Positions 35,900-48,916 are shown, numbered from the stretch's first letter. The stretch is DNA of 64,000 nt from Nemertoderma westbladi (GCA_032718475.1 JAUCBJ010004893.1:186001-250000), one strand, 5' to 3'. The notes: generated by a model not told the origin, from the letters alone. Made by a program: numbers and translations.

Positions 35900-37860
35900 G
35901 TAGCACGGTCCCGTGCTGTTACACCAGTCGGATAGCACGGTCCCGTGCTGTTACACCAGTCTGCTAGCACGGTCCCGTGCTGTTACACCAGTCGGCTAGC
36001 ACGATCCTGTGCTGTTACACCAGTCGGCTAGCACGGTCCCGTGCTGTTACACCAGTCGGCTAGCACGGTCCCGTGCTGTTACACCAGTCGGCTAGCACGG
36101 TCCCGTGCTGTTACACCAGTCGGCTAGCACGGTCCCGTGCTGTTACACCAGTCGGCTAGCACGGTCCCGTGCTATTACACCAGTCGGCTAGCACGATCCC
36201 GTGCTGTTACACCAGTCGGCTAGCACGGTCCCGTGCTGTTACACCAGTCGGCTAGCACGGTCCCGCGCTGTTACACCAGTCGGCTAGCACGGTCCCGTGC
36301 TGTTACACCAGTCGGATAGCACGGTCCCGTGCTGTTACACCAGTCGGCTAGCACGGTCCCGTGCTGTTACACCAGTCGGATATGCTTTGCAGGACATTGC
36401 TTTCAGTGCAGCCAGTGCATAATCTTGTACTTTGGCAGCCTCGTGGAGTGAATAAGTATGGTGGACAGCCCATGCCTTTCTTGAGACGCATCTTACTACT
36501 AGTACTACTACAGTACTACTAGAATTGGCAAGCTGGACCATGGAGCCCATTTTGGCTCTTAGAAGGATAATTGAAGAGTTATCAAAAAAGAAAGACAGGC
36601 ATCTGGCTGTTATCTTTGTTGACTTCTTCAAGGCCTTTGATTCAGTCTCTCGCTCACGTATGTTCAGCATACTTTCATTATATGGGATTCCTGATGAAAT
36701 TATTGCAGCAATCAGATCAGTATACGATGGTTCGACAACATTTGTGTCTACTGTTGACGGTGACACAGAACCATTTGAAGTGTTATGTGGAGTCCTCCAG
36801 GGAGACACACTTGCACCATTCTTGTTCATAATTGTGGTTGACTATGTTCTACGCATATCCTTAGATCATCATAATGATGATGGAGTGATGATAACTCCAC
36901 CTACTGGCTCCAGAAATCGAGGAAATCCTGCCAAGTACCTAACTACTCTAGACTTTGCTGATGAGATAGGAGTACTCTCAGAATCACTAGAGGGAGCCCA
37001 ACGGCTCCTTAGCTCATTAGAACATGCTGCTTCTAGTGTTTGTCTTTTTATTAACTCCAGAAAGACCAAAATTTTGACAGTTAACTTTTAAAGCCCTCAG
37101 CAAGTCTCTGATCGGATGAGCATAAGCTCAAAGGATGGTATGCTTGAGCATGTGGACGACATCTGTTACCTGGAATCATGGATCCGGAAGTCAGGTGAGG
37201 ACCTTCGAATACGTAAGGGAAAGGAAAGGCATGGGCAGCTTTGAATAGGCTTTCCAAGATTTGGAAGTCACCGAGAATTAATCAGAAACTTAAGGTCCGA
37301 TCATTTAGAGCAGCTGTAGTTCCAGTACTCCTCTATGGGAGTCCATGCTGGGCTCTAACTGCTGAGGACACCAAATCTCTGGATGGCACATTCACAAGAA
37401 TGCTACGCCGGGTTCATTGTGTCAAGTACAATGCACACATCTCCAACCAGACACTATATAACATTGGAGGTGTCTCATTGGTTCCCCCAAACTTGACACT
37501 AGAACAAAATCGCCTCCGCTTTGCAGGACATTGCTTTCGACGTGAGGACCATCCAGTGCATAATCTTGTACTTTGGCAGCCTCATGGAGTGAATAAGCAT
37601 GGTGGACAGCCCATGACTTTCTTGAGACGCATCTTAAATGACACTGGCCTTGAAGATGCGGATGATCTAGCAAATGTCATGGGTGATAGGGAGTTGTGGC
37701 GGCGCAATTTTGTCGACAAGCCGGCACAGCATTCTTATAAATACAGCTGCACTGCAGCATGCCGATGCTAGTAGTAGTGCGATCCCGTGCTGTTACACCA
37801 GTCGGCTAGCACGATCCTGTGCTGTTACACCAATCGGCTAGCACGGTCCCGTGCTGTTAT
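35900..37860. repeat. 32-bp tandem array (TAGCACGGTCCCGTGCTGTTACACCAGTCGGC)n: about 15 copies at 35900-36381 and about 2.5 at 37779-37860, split by RTE sequence
   Basis: Read directly; the unit contains the hairpin AGCACGG-tc-CCGTGCT. Confidence 0.92.
36383..37778 (+). mobile_element. RTE copy 3: short 3'-region fragment (36383-36494), TAC/TAG-rich filler, then a 5'-truncated copy (about 36535-37768) with a (TAG)3 tail
   Basis: High identity to copy 1; FADE in place of FADD, a stop at 37089-37091, and a frameshifting GGAAA duplication near 37220. Confidence 0.92.
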
Positions 37861-39144
37861 TGTATTGTATGCCCGTATTGTGAAATCACACAAAATTATA
37901 AAATTTTTGCATTTATTGGTATATTTCACAGTATTGACAGCTTGTTATTACTTGTTAGGGAGATGGCCTGCTCGGTGCAATAAAGGGTTAAGCATAGAAT
38001 GAAAAGTTATTCCGACCGTTTCTAGTCTCAAGGCCAGGGGATTAGCCGTTATCGAGATTTAGCGCTTCGGATATTGACTATTCGGGTGGAAGACTCGCTC
38101 GAAACAAAAAATTACCCAGATCGAAATCGTTGCTACGTTACAACGAAATCGTTGCTACCCCCTTCGGTCTGTCTATTAAAAAAAGTTTTTGCTTAGCTTG
38201 ATTTATTGCAACTTCCCGACGACTTTGGATAAAAGTAGTTAATATTTCTTCTAGAGCTATCTTTACTATATCCAACAACAAAAGAATCGTATCCGTAGGC
38301 GAACACGCGGCCGAGGTATTCGCGTTTCCGTACGGCGACTCTCGTCGTATGATCATGCGAAATACGCATTTTACGCGATGCCGAGAAAACGGACGCTACG
38401 ACACAGTCGCGTACAAACTGAAAGTCACGTCCTTCTTCACTGTTCCCTATCAGCCAATCAGAGACCGATACACCAATCTCGATTTCGACGGCGAAATTTC
38501 CACCCTACTGAAAAGGCCCCTGAGAAAAAAGTTTACACGTTTGTGTTTGAAGTCTTAAAAAACCGCAAATGGCACATTTCTATTAAGCTTTAGCGATTTT
38601 TATATCTTGTACCATGCCAAAAAAAAGTGCCATGTGCCACATGCTAAAAAGTGTCACTTCTGACACGAATGACATTTCTTTGTAGTCTGTGGGTTAAAAC
38701 TTCTGACCTGCCATTGTCATTTTAGTTTAATCTTGTCATGTAATATCGTCGTAGGATTCTAGTAGTAGTTGAGTCTCTGCAGTATTATTCAGTGATATTT
38801 TTTACTGTTTCTTTTACGCTGTCTTAGATTGCATTAGGTATTGGATTGTACTGATTTAGATAATTTGGATTATTTTATTTATGGATTATTTAGATAATTC
38901 GGGTTATTTTTTATAACGAGATTTAACGAATAATGCATTGACATTAATTATATTTTGAACAGTAAAAATATACATTATGTAATGTTACCGTCAGTGTTTA
39001 TGTTTATACTTCTTGTCTTGTTTGTATTTTCCTATTTTGTGTAATATCCTATAATATTCTCTATTAATTTACTGTCAATAAACACTATACTTAATAAATT
39101 AAATTCACCTAACACTATTGTAATACATTGTAAATAAAGGAACG

Positions 39145-40210
39145 TCTTAAAAGCGACGTAAAAGGGGCGAGCGACGAAAGTAAGCGAGCTTAGCATACAG
39201 GTACCACTAACTCAATCGGTGTGTCTGTTGTTCTGTTGATATGTTGTTCTGTTGTTCTGTCGTTCTGTTGTTCTGTCGTTCTGTCGTGTTCAATTTTAAA
39301 CGTTAATAACTCAGCCAAATGTTAATGAAATCTATCCAAACTTGGTACACATGTAGTCTGGCAAAAGTTTAGAAATTTTCCTAGTTGAATTTACGTGTCG
39401 CCTTCGAGAAGCTAAGATATTAGCAGTTAATTAGTTATAAGTTGGTTAGGGTAAAAACAGCATTTTCAAACTGCCTCTCAAAGGATATTAATTATTTTCT
39501 AGTATAAGATTTAAATAATTATACTTAAAAATTATACATGAGCTTAACAATAAGAATATCTGACTTTCGGTTAACTAAAATAAGTGATAAAGTGTATTTT
39601 CTGACACATTTTTTTTTTTATCGGAGACACTACTTTATCTAAAAAATTAAACGATTTACTTGTATTGAATTTATATTTAATATTTTTAGTTAAACAGCTG
39701 TAATAATTGTCAAATAAGATGTTATTTTATTAATTATCATTAATATGGTGTATAAAAATTGTTATATGAAATATAACAATTAACTGGACGATGAAATGGA
39801 GCTCTGACAATTCCCCCTTCCCCCCTAGCGGCAGACAGAGGAATTGTAAAAATCTGTATGTGTGCAGAATTTTTGATTAAGCAATGCTCTTAGGTTACTA
39901 CTGTACTAACTACCAAACTTCAGATGAATCTGATCGTTGGTTCTAAAATTACAGCTACTTTTTCATTTCTGTCAATTCGCCCCATAGCGACAGACAGAGG
40001 AATTATAGAAGTCTGTAGTGTGTTGAATTTCTAAACTTTTTCTAGACTACATGTGTAGCAAGTTTGGTTCCATTTCATCCATGATTGACCGACTTAGAGG
40101 CGCTCAAACATTCTATCTAGCCACAAACCCAGCCATCCAGCCAGCCAGTCACAAACACACAAACAAACTAACAATAGCTGCAGGAACCCGAGCAGAGCTC
40201 AAGTGATAAT
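39145..40210. mobile_element. Two DINE-1/HINE-like (Helentron-associated) elements in opposite orientation
   Basis: Each has a terminal GC-rich segment, a microsatellite (CTGTTGTT-type at 39225-39290; GGCT/GTTT-type at 40125-40172) and the shared block CCAAACTTG.TACACATGTAGTCT.G.AAAAGTTTAGAAATT (39336+; inverted at about 40026-40069). Confidence 0.5.
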
Positions 40211-40374
40211 TTATATCCTATTAATAGGTATATGACATGCGGTATTCAGCGAATCTCACTACAAAAAAATCCATATCTGTGATTATTTCAGATCAAATTT
40301 ATTGAAATATTAAGGATTCGAATTTACGAAAATTTCACTCAGAAATTTTCGGGGCTTGCAGCAGAAAATTTGCT

Positions 40375-40445
40375 GCTGCAACCGGGTCTCGAACTCGGTA
40401 AATAATAGCATAGCACCTGTGCTCTGACCACTGAGCTACAATGTC
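40375..40445 (-). mobile_element. tRNA-derived SINE head or tRNA pseudogene
   Basis: Minus-strand A-box TAGCTCAGTGG and B-box GAGTTCGAGACC; no intact cloverleaf. Confidence 0.55.
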
Positions 40446-41339
40446 GTACTTTCTGCCACTAAAATAGTAGTAGAAAGACTTTCTGCCACTATTTTAGTGG
40501 TAGAAAGTAATAATAGTGTGCGAAAGCATTACTTTCTTGCACTGTTTTCTACAAAATTTAGTGAAAAAAAGAAGATTTTTCAGATAAAAACAATTAATCG
40601 GTGATTATGTATAAGCTGCTCTGACTTCAAAACATTTCTATGGTTTAAAACTGATCAATTATGAAGACAACCAACCTTTTAAGTTTTGATAATTGAAAAT
40701 CGAAGAACTAAAACATATTCGTTACATTTACATCACGTAAAGTATTATTACTCCAAAAAGCTTACAAGTTTTTAGTTAGAAGATTATTTTAGCTCTTCTT
40801 CGTATCGTAGATTAAATATTATGCCCTAAAGGTATTAAAGTAACTTAAATCCCTGGCTGTAAGTACAGGAAGGTTAAGGCTGTCATCAAATAATCATAAA
40901 ATAGCCGTATATATGATGGTATACGTCCCATGATAAAAATTACAATAGCTGCCGGCAACTAGTTAGAATTCACATAGGAATTATCTATCATTTCTTGCAG
41001 TTCCCGATGGAATTACAACTAACTATCAGGGGGGAGGCGGACTCTGAGATATCGAATGTTTCAATGATCGTCGTCCCATTCGTAGTCAACGCAATAAAAT
41101 ATTGAGATCTTACAACAACTGATGTCAAACATATAATCCCTTCTTCTAATTGCTCCGGGTATCAGATACCTCCAATAATTATTATAATAAATTACAATGA
41201 TTCATACAGAATCGCCAGAACATTGAGCTCCCAAACTAAAGAAATGTATAACTTCCAATTCAGTTTGTCTAAAGTTGGTGGCCTATACTATATATCAACG
41301 ATTTTATGTCAAAGGTTCCACAGCTTCAAAGGTTCCACG

Positions 41340-41890
41340 GGGTCCGTCAAAGGTTCAAAAGAGCTTGCCTTTGTCTATCTGGCACCGTAAATATGAGCAT
41401 CATATCCATTGAATTTGCCTTAAAACTTTGGGATGCAATAGTTGTCCCGACAGTAACTTACGGCTGCTCAACCTTCGCTGACCTCACTAGAGATCAGTTA
41501 ATGGCATTACCTCATGTAAGAAAGACCCGGGGCTTCTATTTTAAAATTTGGTGCGGGATTAGCAAGTTTGCCTCAACGACTCCGATCCTTAATGCTGTGG
41601 ACCATCCAGAACTTTCCACTATTAATCTCTCCTATTTATCAAAAAGGCGGCGAGGCGACGAGTTGGTACACAATTTTTGTCCAATGGTTACCACCATAAA
41701 CTGTGTTCGATTAGCTCTTGTTGGAGGCCTTCTGACTCCTGCCACTGTCGGCTTTGTGGCGCGCCTGCCACAGATATTCTACACTCGTTATAATGCAGCC
41801 TTCTACCGGACGATCCATCCCCTCTTCGTCTCGCTTTTCACTTGCAGTCCTTACAAGACTCACAACTTAATTTCTCTTAATTAATTCTTA
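41340..41890 (+). pseudogene. Degraded LINE ORF2 C-terminal fragment
   Basis: LKLWDAIVVPTVTYGC (LINE 'L....V.P...YG' block) followed by a frameshifted Cys/His-rich tail (NGYHHKLC...CHCRLCG). Confidence 0.5.
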
Positions 41891-42737
41891 CATTAAATTT
41901 GTTAAACTGAGTCCAACGGAAATTTCAACGACACCTCTGAGATCCTTCGATGTGGTGCCATTTTCCCCCGCGTTCTCACGAGATACTTTCATCGACTAAT
42001 TACTGTATTAGGCCTACTTAGTGATCTAAATCTGGAAGTCGATCATCTATATACAAGGCCTACGTTGGCCAAGTATCCTTCTACCATCTATGTACTAGGC
42101 TATCCGGATTGCTAACGCCGCCGCCTCCTTTACAGGGACTAGCTATATGAGATGAAACAGTTTTTTTTTAATAAAAACTGAGTGAACATAAGAGTTGAAA
42201 TTTTTTTGATTTGTAAGGTTTCCAATTACAGAGTAATTTAGTCTGGTTTTACTGTGTTTTGCGCCGTACATCATTATCTAACGAGCAAGGTTTCTTGACA
42301 AGCTGTAAATAATTCAAGTGAAAAAATAAATTATGTAATGAAATAATAATTTAATAACATCTGATAATCATTTAGCTAATTAACTTTACACCTTTTTTTA
42401 ATTACATATTGCGTATTTGTTTCAACAACATAAAACACGTCACAGGGTCAACTAGCATTGTCCAATGGGAATATGCTCCTAAATCATTACCGGTAACCGC
42501 AGAACCACTGAAGTGGCTCGCAAAATACATTTGCATTCGTAAACTGGATTGACCCAACTAATGCCAACACGCTGCTCAAAAGTTCGTATCAGGTCCGGGC
42601 GGGTTTAGGGATGAATAATAATATGACAAAGATTGGCATTACTGTTCACACATATCAACACTGTTACAACAAAAGTATTGCAGGCGACCAACGAACCATA
42701 ACACGTAAACTATTCCACATTAAAGTAAATCAGATAT

Positions 42738-45317
42738 CTATGACGGTATTTGTGTGTTTGTTTTTATGAAGGAGGAAGGTAATCTCCCGTTATGCGACAA
42801 TGATTGCTGACTCTGTAGCCACACCCTGGCCTCGGCTGATCCGGTATCAGTTGAACCCCCTGCGATTGCACCAAAGGAGCCCCAACTGGAGGGAGGTACA
42901 GAATCATCAGATGGAATTACATTAATATTAGTAGCTACAATATCTATATCTGGGAACAGAGGAGAGTTTGGTGCAGCTAAAGTTTCGTTGTTTTCATTTT
43001 CATCAACAATATTACTAATACGTAGCTCGCCGTCAAGGTTATCACTGTCTGGGAAGTGGTTCGCCCCGAAAGAATTACCAAAAAGGTTCTCACCATTGTC
43101 TTCTATTGGTCTGTTAACATCATTTTCAATGAAATGGTTCTTTCCAAATGAATCACCAAAAAGGTTCTCACCATTGTCTTCTATTGGTCTGTTAACATCA
43201 TTTTCAATGAAATGGTTCTTTCCAAATGAATCACCAAAAAGGTTCTCACCATTGTCTTCTATTGGTCTGTTATCATCATTTTCTATGAAATGGTTCTTTC
43301 CAAATGAATCACCAAAAAGGTTCTCACCATAGTCTTCTATTGGTCTGTTATCATCATAATCACCAAAAAGGTTCTCACCATTGTTTTCTATTGGTCTGTT
43401 ATCATCATTTTCAATGAAATGGTTCTTTCCAAATGAATCACCAAAAAGGTTCTCACCATTGTCTTCTATTGGTCTGTTATCATCATTTTCAATGAAATGG
43501 TTCTTCCCAAAAGAATCACCAAAAAGGTTCTCGCCATTGTCTTCTATTTGTCTGTTATCATTATTTTCAATGAAATGGTTATTTCCAAAAGAATCACCAA
43601 AGAGGTTCTCACCATTGTCTTCTATTGGTCTGTTATCATCATTTTCAATGAAATGGTTATTTCCAAAAGAATCACCAAAGAGGTTCTCACCATTGTCTTC
43701 TATTGGTGTGTTATCATCATTTTCCATGAAATGGTTCTTTCCAAATGAATCACCACTAAGGTACTCACCATTGTCATCTATTGGTCTGTTATCATCATTT
43801 TTAATGAAATGGTTCTTTCCAAATGAATCACCAAAAAGGTACTCACCATTGTCTTCTATTGGTCTGTTATCATCATTTTCAATGAAATGGTTCTTTCCAA
43901 ATGAATCACCAAAAAGGTTCTCACCATTGTCTTCTATTGGTCTGTTATCATTATTTTCAATGAAATGGTTCTTTCCAAAAGAATTACCAAAAAGGTTCGC
44001 ACCATTGTCTTCTATTGGTCTGTTATCATCATTTTCAATGAAATGGTTCTTTCCAAAAGAATCACCAAAAAGGTTCTCGCCATTGTCTTCTATTGGTCTG
44101 TTATCATTATTTTCAATGAAATGGTTCTTTCCAAAAGAATTACCAAAAAGGTTCGCACCATTGTCTTCTATTGGTCTGTTATCATCATTTTCAATGAAAT
44201 GGTTCTTTCCAAATGAATCACCAAAAAGGTTCTCACCATTGTCTTCTATTGGTCTGTTATCATCATTTTCAATGAAATGGTTCTTTCCAAAAGAATTACC
44301 AAAAAGGTTCGCACCATTGTCTTCTATAGGTCTGTTATCATCATTTTCAATGAAATGGTTCTTTCCAAATGAATCACCAAAAAGGTTCTCACCATTGTCT
44401 TCTATTGGTCTGTTATCATCATTTTCAATGAAATGGTTCTTTCCAAATGAATCACCAAAAAGGTTCTCGCCATTGTCTTCTATTGGTCTGCTATCATCAT
44501 TTACAATGAAATGGTTCTCTCCAAAAGAAGTACCAAAAAGATTCTCACCATTATCTTCTCTCGGCCTGTTGCCCTCTAATTCTAAAAAAAGTTTTTCACC
44601 ATTACCTTCTCCAGGTCTGCTCTCATGATATTCTATAACGTGGTCCACTTTGGAAGTCTTTCTAAAAAGTTTTCCCATTAAGTCCCCTGTTGGTGGGTTT
44701 TCAACTGGTACTCCAAAGGAAAACATATTCATATCGCTTTCGGCAACGTCATTGCTGTAAGTTGATGTCCCAGCACGATAATTTGTAATAATTTTATAAT
44801 TCTTGAGCATATCGATCGCTGTTATAACCTTTCCCCACAGCTTAGAAATACCAACGGAGAAATTCCAATCTACAAAAAATAAACCCGAATTATTCCTGCC
44901 TCGACGAATATCATCCCGTAGTTGTCGGATGTGGTCTAATAGAAGCCGGATTCTGCCCCGTAACATTTGTGCAGTAGCCAGAATGTTACCAGCCTTTGGC
45001 CCATCATTTATAATTGATTCAGGTGTTGGGCTGGTGGGTTTATTTGAGGTGACAACCGCCGAAGTTGCAGTTTGTCTTTCAATCGCAATGATAGGAGGCT
45101 CCTTTATCTTAATCGGCACATTTAGTTGTATTGATTGATGTTTATTACTGGATGGCCCATCTTTAATATAACCGGTGTCTGTTGGAGGTATGTTACTGGG
45201 AGATGGATCCACAGATGTGAGTGGAACACGTTTAAGTGGCATTGACACGCTCGTGCCAATCAAACACGTTATCACAAAGATAAGAACACAAATAACAATG
45301 TTTATGGAAATCTTCAT
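42738..45317 (-). CDS. Secreted 859-aa orphan protein with about 20 tandem acidic 26-aa repeats (RPIEDNGENLFGDSFGKNHFIENDDN)
   Basis: Signal peptide MKISINIVICVLIFVITCLIGTSVS; about 250 aa unique N-terminal and about 100 aa unique C-terminal open frame; 78-bp unit; the single shortened unit is an in-frame 27-nt deletion. Confidence 0.85.
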   Translation of the reverse strand: MKISINIVICVLIFVITCLIGTSVSMPLKRVPLTSVDPSPSNIPPTDTGYIKDGPSSNKHQSIQLNVPIKIKEPPIIAIERQTATSAVVTSNKPTSPTPESIINDGPKAGNILATAQMLRGRIRLLLDHIRQLRDDIRRGRNNSGLFFVDWNFSVGISKLWGKVITAIDMLKNYKIITNYRAGTSTYSNDVAESDMNMFSFGVPVENPPTGDLMGKLFRKTSKVDHVIEYHESRPGEGNGEKLFLELEGNRPREDNGENLFGTSFGENHFIVNDDSRPIEDNGENLFGDSFGKNHFIENDDNRPIEDNGENLFGDSFGKNHFIENDDNRPIEDNGANLFGNSFGKNHFIENDDNRPIEDNGENLFGDSFGKNHFIENDDNRPIEDNGANLFGNSFGKNHFIENNDNRPIEDNGENLFGDSFGKNHFIENDDNRPIEDNGANLFGNSFGKNHFIENNDNRPIEDNGENLFGDSFGKNHFIENDDNRPIEDNGEYLFGDSFGKNHFIKNDDNRPIDDNGEYLSGDSFGKNHFMENDDNTPIEDNGENLFGDSFGNNHFIENDDNRPIEDNGENLFGDSFGNNHFIENNDNRQIEDNGENLFGDSFGKNHFIENDDNRPIEDNGENLFGDSFGKNHFIENDDNRPIENNGENLFGDYDDNRPIEDYGENLFGDSFGKNHFIENDDNRPIEDNGENLFGDSFGKNHFIENDVNRPIEDNGENLFGDSFGKNHFIENDVNRPIEDNGENLFGNSFGANHFPDSDNLDGELRISNIVDENENNETLAAPNSPLFPDIDIVATNINVIPSDDSVPPSSWGSFGAIAGGSTDTGSAEARVWLQSQQSLSHNGRLPSSFIKTNTQIPS

Positions 45318-46537
45318 TATCAGTTTGTATTGTTAATAATTAATGAGGTTAACAACAAATTAATAAGTTACTTAGTTACATTTACATTATTAGTTACACT
45401 ATAAAATAAAATACATGCAGGTGTAAGTCAGAGCACCGTTCACTGAGCTGGCCATTACTGTCAGATGACATACCTCAGATACCTCCACCCCCACACCCAC
45501 AAACTTTAATAAATAAATATTGTGATTTTTTAGATATTGATCCTAATCTGCGATAGAAAATAATCAGTAGTGAATGAACCCCGATAAAACATCACAATCA
45601 TAAGTTTAACACAAATTAATAAATCATTTTTATCTCTTGAGTTATATAATAAGATAGCTTTCCCAAGGAATAACAACACGCGTCGATTGGTCGGGTCGAT
45701 TATTGGCAACTTCCTGTGATAGGTCGGAATAGTGAGTGCATGTGATACCACCTACCTGAATTCTTGGATAAGTATACGAACTATGATACCAAATCATACG
45801 TGCCATACGACTAATTAATTTCAATTTTTAATTAACTGTGATTGATGGAATATAAAGGTTTTCTATTTAATTTACGGGTTGAACTCAGAAGGAAGATAAA
45901 TCCTTGAACGTGGCTTTAGGCGCGTGCCATATATACAATTACGTAAACATAATTAGTAAACATAACCGAGGCCACTAGCGGTGTGGGGGTGGTGGGTGGA
46001 TAGCAATGGGTGGACATACAACAACCCAATTAGTGGGCGTTCATTGACAAACCTGACCCAACCCGCAGCAAGCTTAATTCGCAGAAATGCACCGGCTTTG
46101 TCAACTATAAGTCGAGCAACCCATAATCTAGCCTCAACAAAAATGTATTTATTTGTAGAAATGTGGACAATACTACATTTAATTAATAATAATTATTAAT
46201 ATCACAAATTATAATATTTCAGTGGATGTAAACATGATATCCGCATCAAATCAATAACCTGATGATAAAAATACAACACATAATAAAATTGTCACAATTA
46301 TCTTGTAATTCATTACTTTCCATTTGTCATAAGAACTGCACAGCGCAAACAATAAAAGCCAAATAAATACAATATTGTAATCAATACACAAACAATATAA
46401 CTTTATTTGATGTCAAACAAACAATTTATTTTGAACACAAATTTCGGTTAGTTTTCTCTCTCTGAGGCTTTACATGTACTGAATAAATATGTTACTAAAT
46501 ACGAATCAATAATTTTACGTGAATTCAATTTTTGTAC

Positions 46538-47322
46538 TATCTCTATCAGGCACCCATGACGCTATGGGAGCTCGCTCTCTATCTCTATCAGGTACCCATG
46601 ACGCTATGGGAGCTCGCTCTCTATCTGTATCAGGTACCCATGATGCTATGGGAGCTCGCTCTCTATCTGTATCAGGTACCCATGACGCTATGGGAGCTCG
46701 CTCTCTATCTGTATCAGGTACCCATGATGCTATGGGAGCTCGCTCTCTATCTCTATCAGGCACCCATGACGCTATGGGAGCTCGCTCTCTATCTGTATCA
46801 GGTACCCATGATGCTATGGGAGCTCGCTCTCTATCTCTATCAGGCACCCATGACGCTATGGGAGCTCGCTCTCTATCTGTATCAGGCACCCATGACGCTA
46901 TGGGAGCTCGCTCTCTATCTGTATCAGGCACCCATGACGCTATGGGAGCTCGCTCTCTATCTCTATCAGGCACCCATGACGCTATGGGAGCTCGCTCTCT
47001 ATCTGTATCAGGCACCCATGACGCTATGGGAGCTCGCTCTCTATCTCTATCAGGTACCCATGACGCTATGGGAGCTCGCTCTCTATCTGTATCAGGCACC
47101 CATGACGCTATGGGAGCTCGCTCTCTATCTCTATCAGGTACCCATGACGCTATGGGAGCTCGCTCTCTATCTCTATCAGGCACCCATGACGCTATGGGAG
47201 CTCGCTCTCTATCTGTATCAGGTACCCATGATGCTATGGGAGCTCGCTCTCTATCTCTATCAGGCACCCATGACGCTATGGGAGCTCGCTCTCTATCTGT
47301 ATCAGGTACCCATGATGCTATG
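46538..47322. repeat. 42-bp tandem array (CTATCTSTATCAGGYACCCATGAYGCTATGGGAGCTCGCTCT)n, about 18-19 copies
   Basis: Read directly. Confidence 0.96.
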
Positions 47323-48136
47323 CGTCGCCTAGGGTCTAATATTGTTGTTTACAATTGTCACATAAAGGCTACCGGTACCTACTTACCAGTAGGCAAAAGA
47401 ACAATACATTAAAACAATAGGTTGTTAATTAAAAAAAACACATTAATGGTAAGGTGTTGATATTAAAATAAATTACAAGTCGCCACGCACCGCAAAATAT
47501 TACTAAGTAAAAAGATTAACATTGTTATAATCGGTACTATCTGATAAACATTATTTATTCTACAATAAGTTAAATAAAATACCTGTGTTTTGAATTAAAT
47601 CTACACAATATTAATACTCAATTATACAACACAGCCTATTAATATACACAAGGCCAGGAGTAGAGACATGGCAGCCACTACTAACATTAAAACAAAACAC
47701 CGCTAAAGAAAACTTAGAAATACAAAATATAGACAATTCAAATTAAAAAACCTACAGCTGGGGACATTTTATTACAAATCCTACAACAAAGTTGTACAAA
47801 ATTATATAATTTATAAACTAGGTAAGTATTTAATATGATATCCTCAATAACATGGTTGGTTCCCATATAACAGTGGCGCACTAGTTTCTAGCGAATAAAT
47901 GTTGGTTTACACCGAACTGCTTCTCTGGTTCCGCGGATTCCAGATAATAAATCGAAATAAAATCTACAACTGATTGTCGAAATTAATTAATTGATTTGTG
48001 CAGATATTGTTTCAATAAAAGCAGCCCAGTTCGTTGTTTAATTGCTACCAATCACATCCACTCAATTACATAATATATAATCGTATATTGCATTGTTTGT
48101 ATGAGTCATCGCATTACTAAAGCGTCTGCTGTTTGT

Positions 48137-48228
48137 CTAGGACGTTTCGAAGCCCATGTAATTCAATAAACTAAAGATTATGAGGCAAAAACAGGACAGT
48201 TTGTAACTCATCCTCCTCGGTTCACATC
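48137..48228 (-). CDS. Otoancorin/stereocilin-like gene, terminal exon (GPI-anchor-type signal)
   Basis: ttttcag|GA TGT... gives (S)GCEPRRMSYKLSCFCLIIFSLLNYMGFETS*: small residues, spacer, hydrophobic tail. Confidence 0.7.
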
Positions 48229-48536
48229 CTGAAAATATGAAAACAATATTGAATTGTAAAATTAGGTTAATTTTAGTAGAAACTACATAATCTTAGCACG
48301 AATTGCATGCATAAACTGGGTCTCCAGTCAGTTTAGATGTAATCCTACATATCTACAAGTAAAGTACTTTACCATTAACCTCAAAATTAATGAAATATAA
48401 TTAACTAACTGATCAAAATTTTATATCATCTTTATTAAATAGTGTCATAGTGAACAACAATATAGTAAGTCATAATCAGCCATTAATCTTAATTAACCTG
48501 ATGTAATCTTAGATTTATCGAACATGATTTCCTCAC

Positions 48537-48675
48537 CTGAAGTTCTTTTTTCTTTACCGAACATCGCATACGCGTCCTCTGGAATGTCAGTTTCGTGATG
48601 ATATTGAACGATCAACAAGTTTCTCAACTGTTCGTAGGTTAATTCCCGACGTTGTCGATTGTGGACTGCAGCGGC
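48537..48675 (-). CDS. Otoancorin/stereocilin-like gene, exon
   Basis: ttccag|AAAVHNRQRRELTYEQLRNLL...KRTS G|gtgagg; the QAAAV...Q...L..EQ...L pattern is typical of the family C-terminus. Confidence 0.8.
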
Positions 48676-48773
48676 CTGGAAGCGAGTAAAATAAATTTGA
48701 ATTTAAACAAATAGACCACGGTAAGTCCGATAAGCAAACATCACAATCACAGCTGATCAGGAGTTAAAATTAC

Positions 48774-48916
48774 CTGTGAAGGAGTTAATTGAGAGAATCG
48801 TTGATCCGGGAACTGGCCCATAATCACTCCGTCAATGGCGGGAATTCCGTACTCAGCGGAAACGAACTCGAAATCGGACCTCGGAACCCTGTTGAGTTCG
48901 CTCAGCGTCAGACCAC
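48774..48916 (-). CDS. Otoancorin/stereocilin-like gene, exon
   Basis: atccag|(G)GLTLSELNRVP...FSQLTPSQ|gtaatt; phase 1 to 0, matching both neighbours. Confidence 0.82.

Noticed and set aside
42988-45138. Plus-strand ORFs of 114, 415 and 111 aa
   Set aside because: Antisense shadows of the secreted repeat protein.
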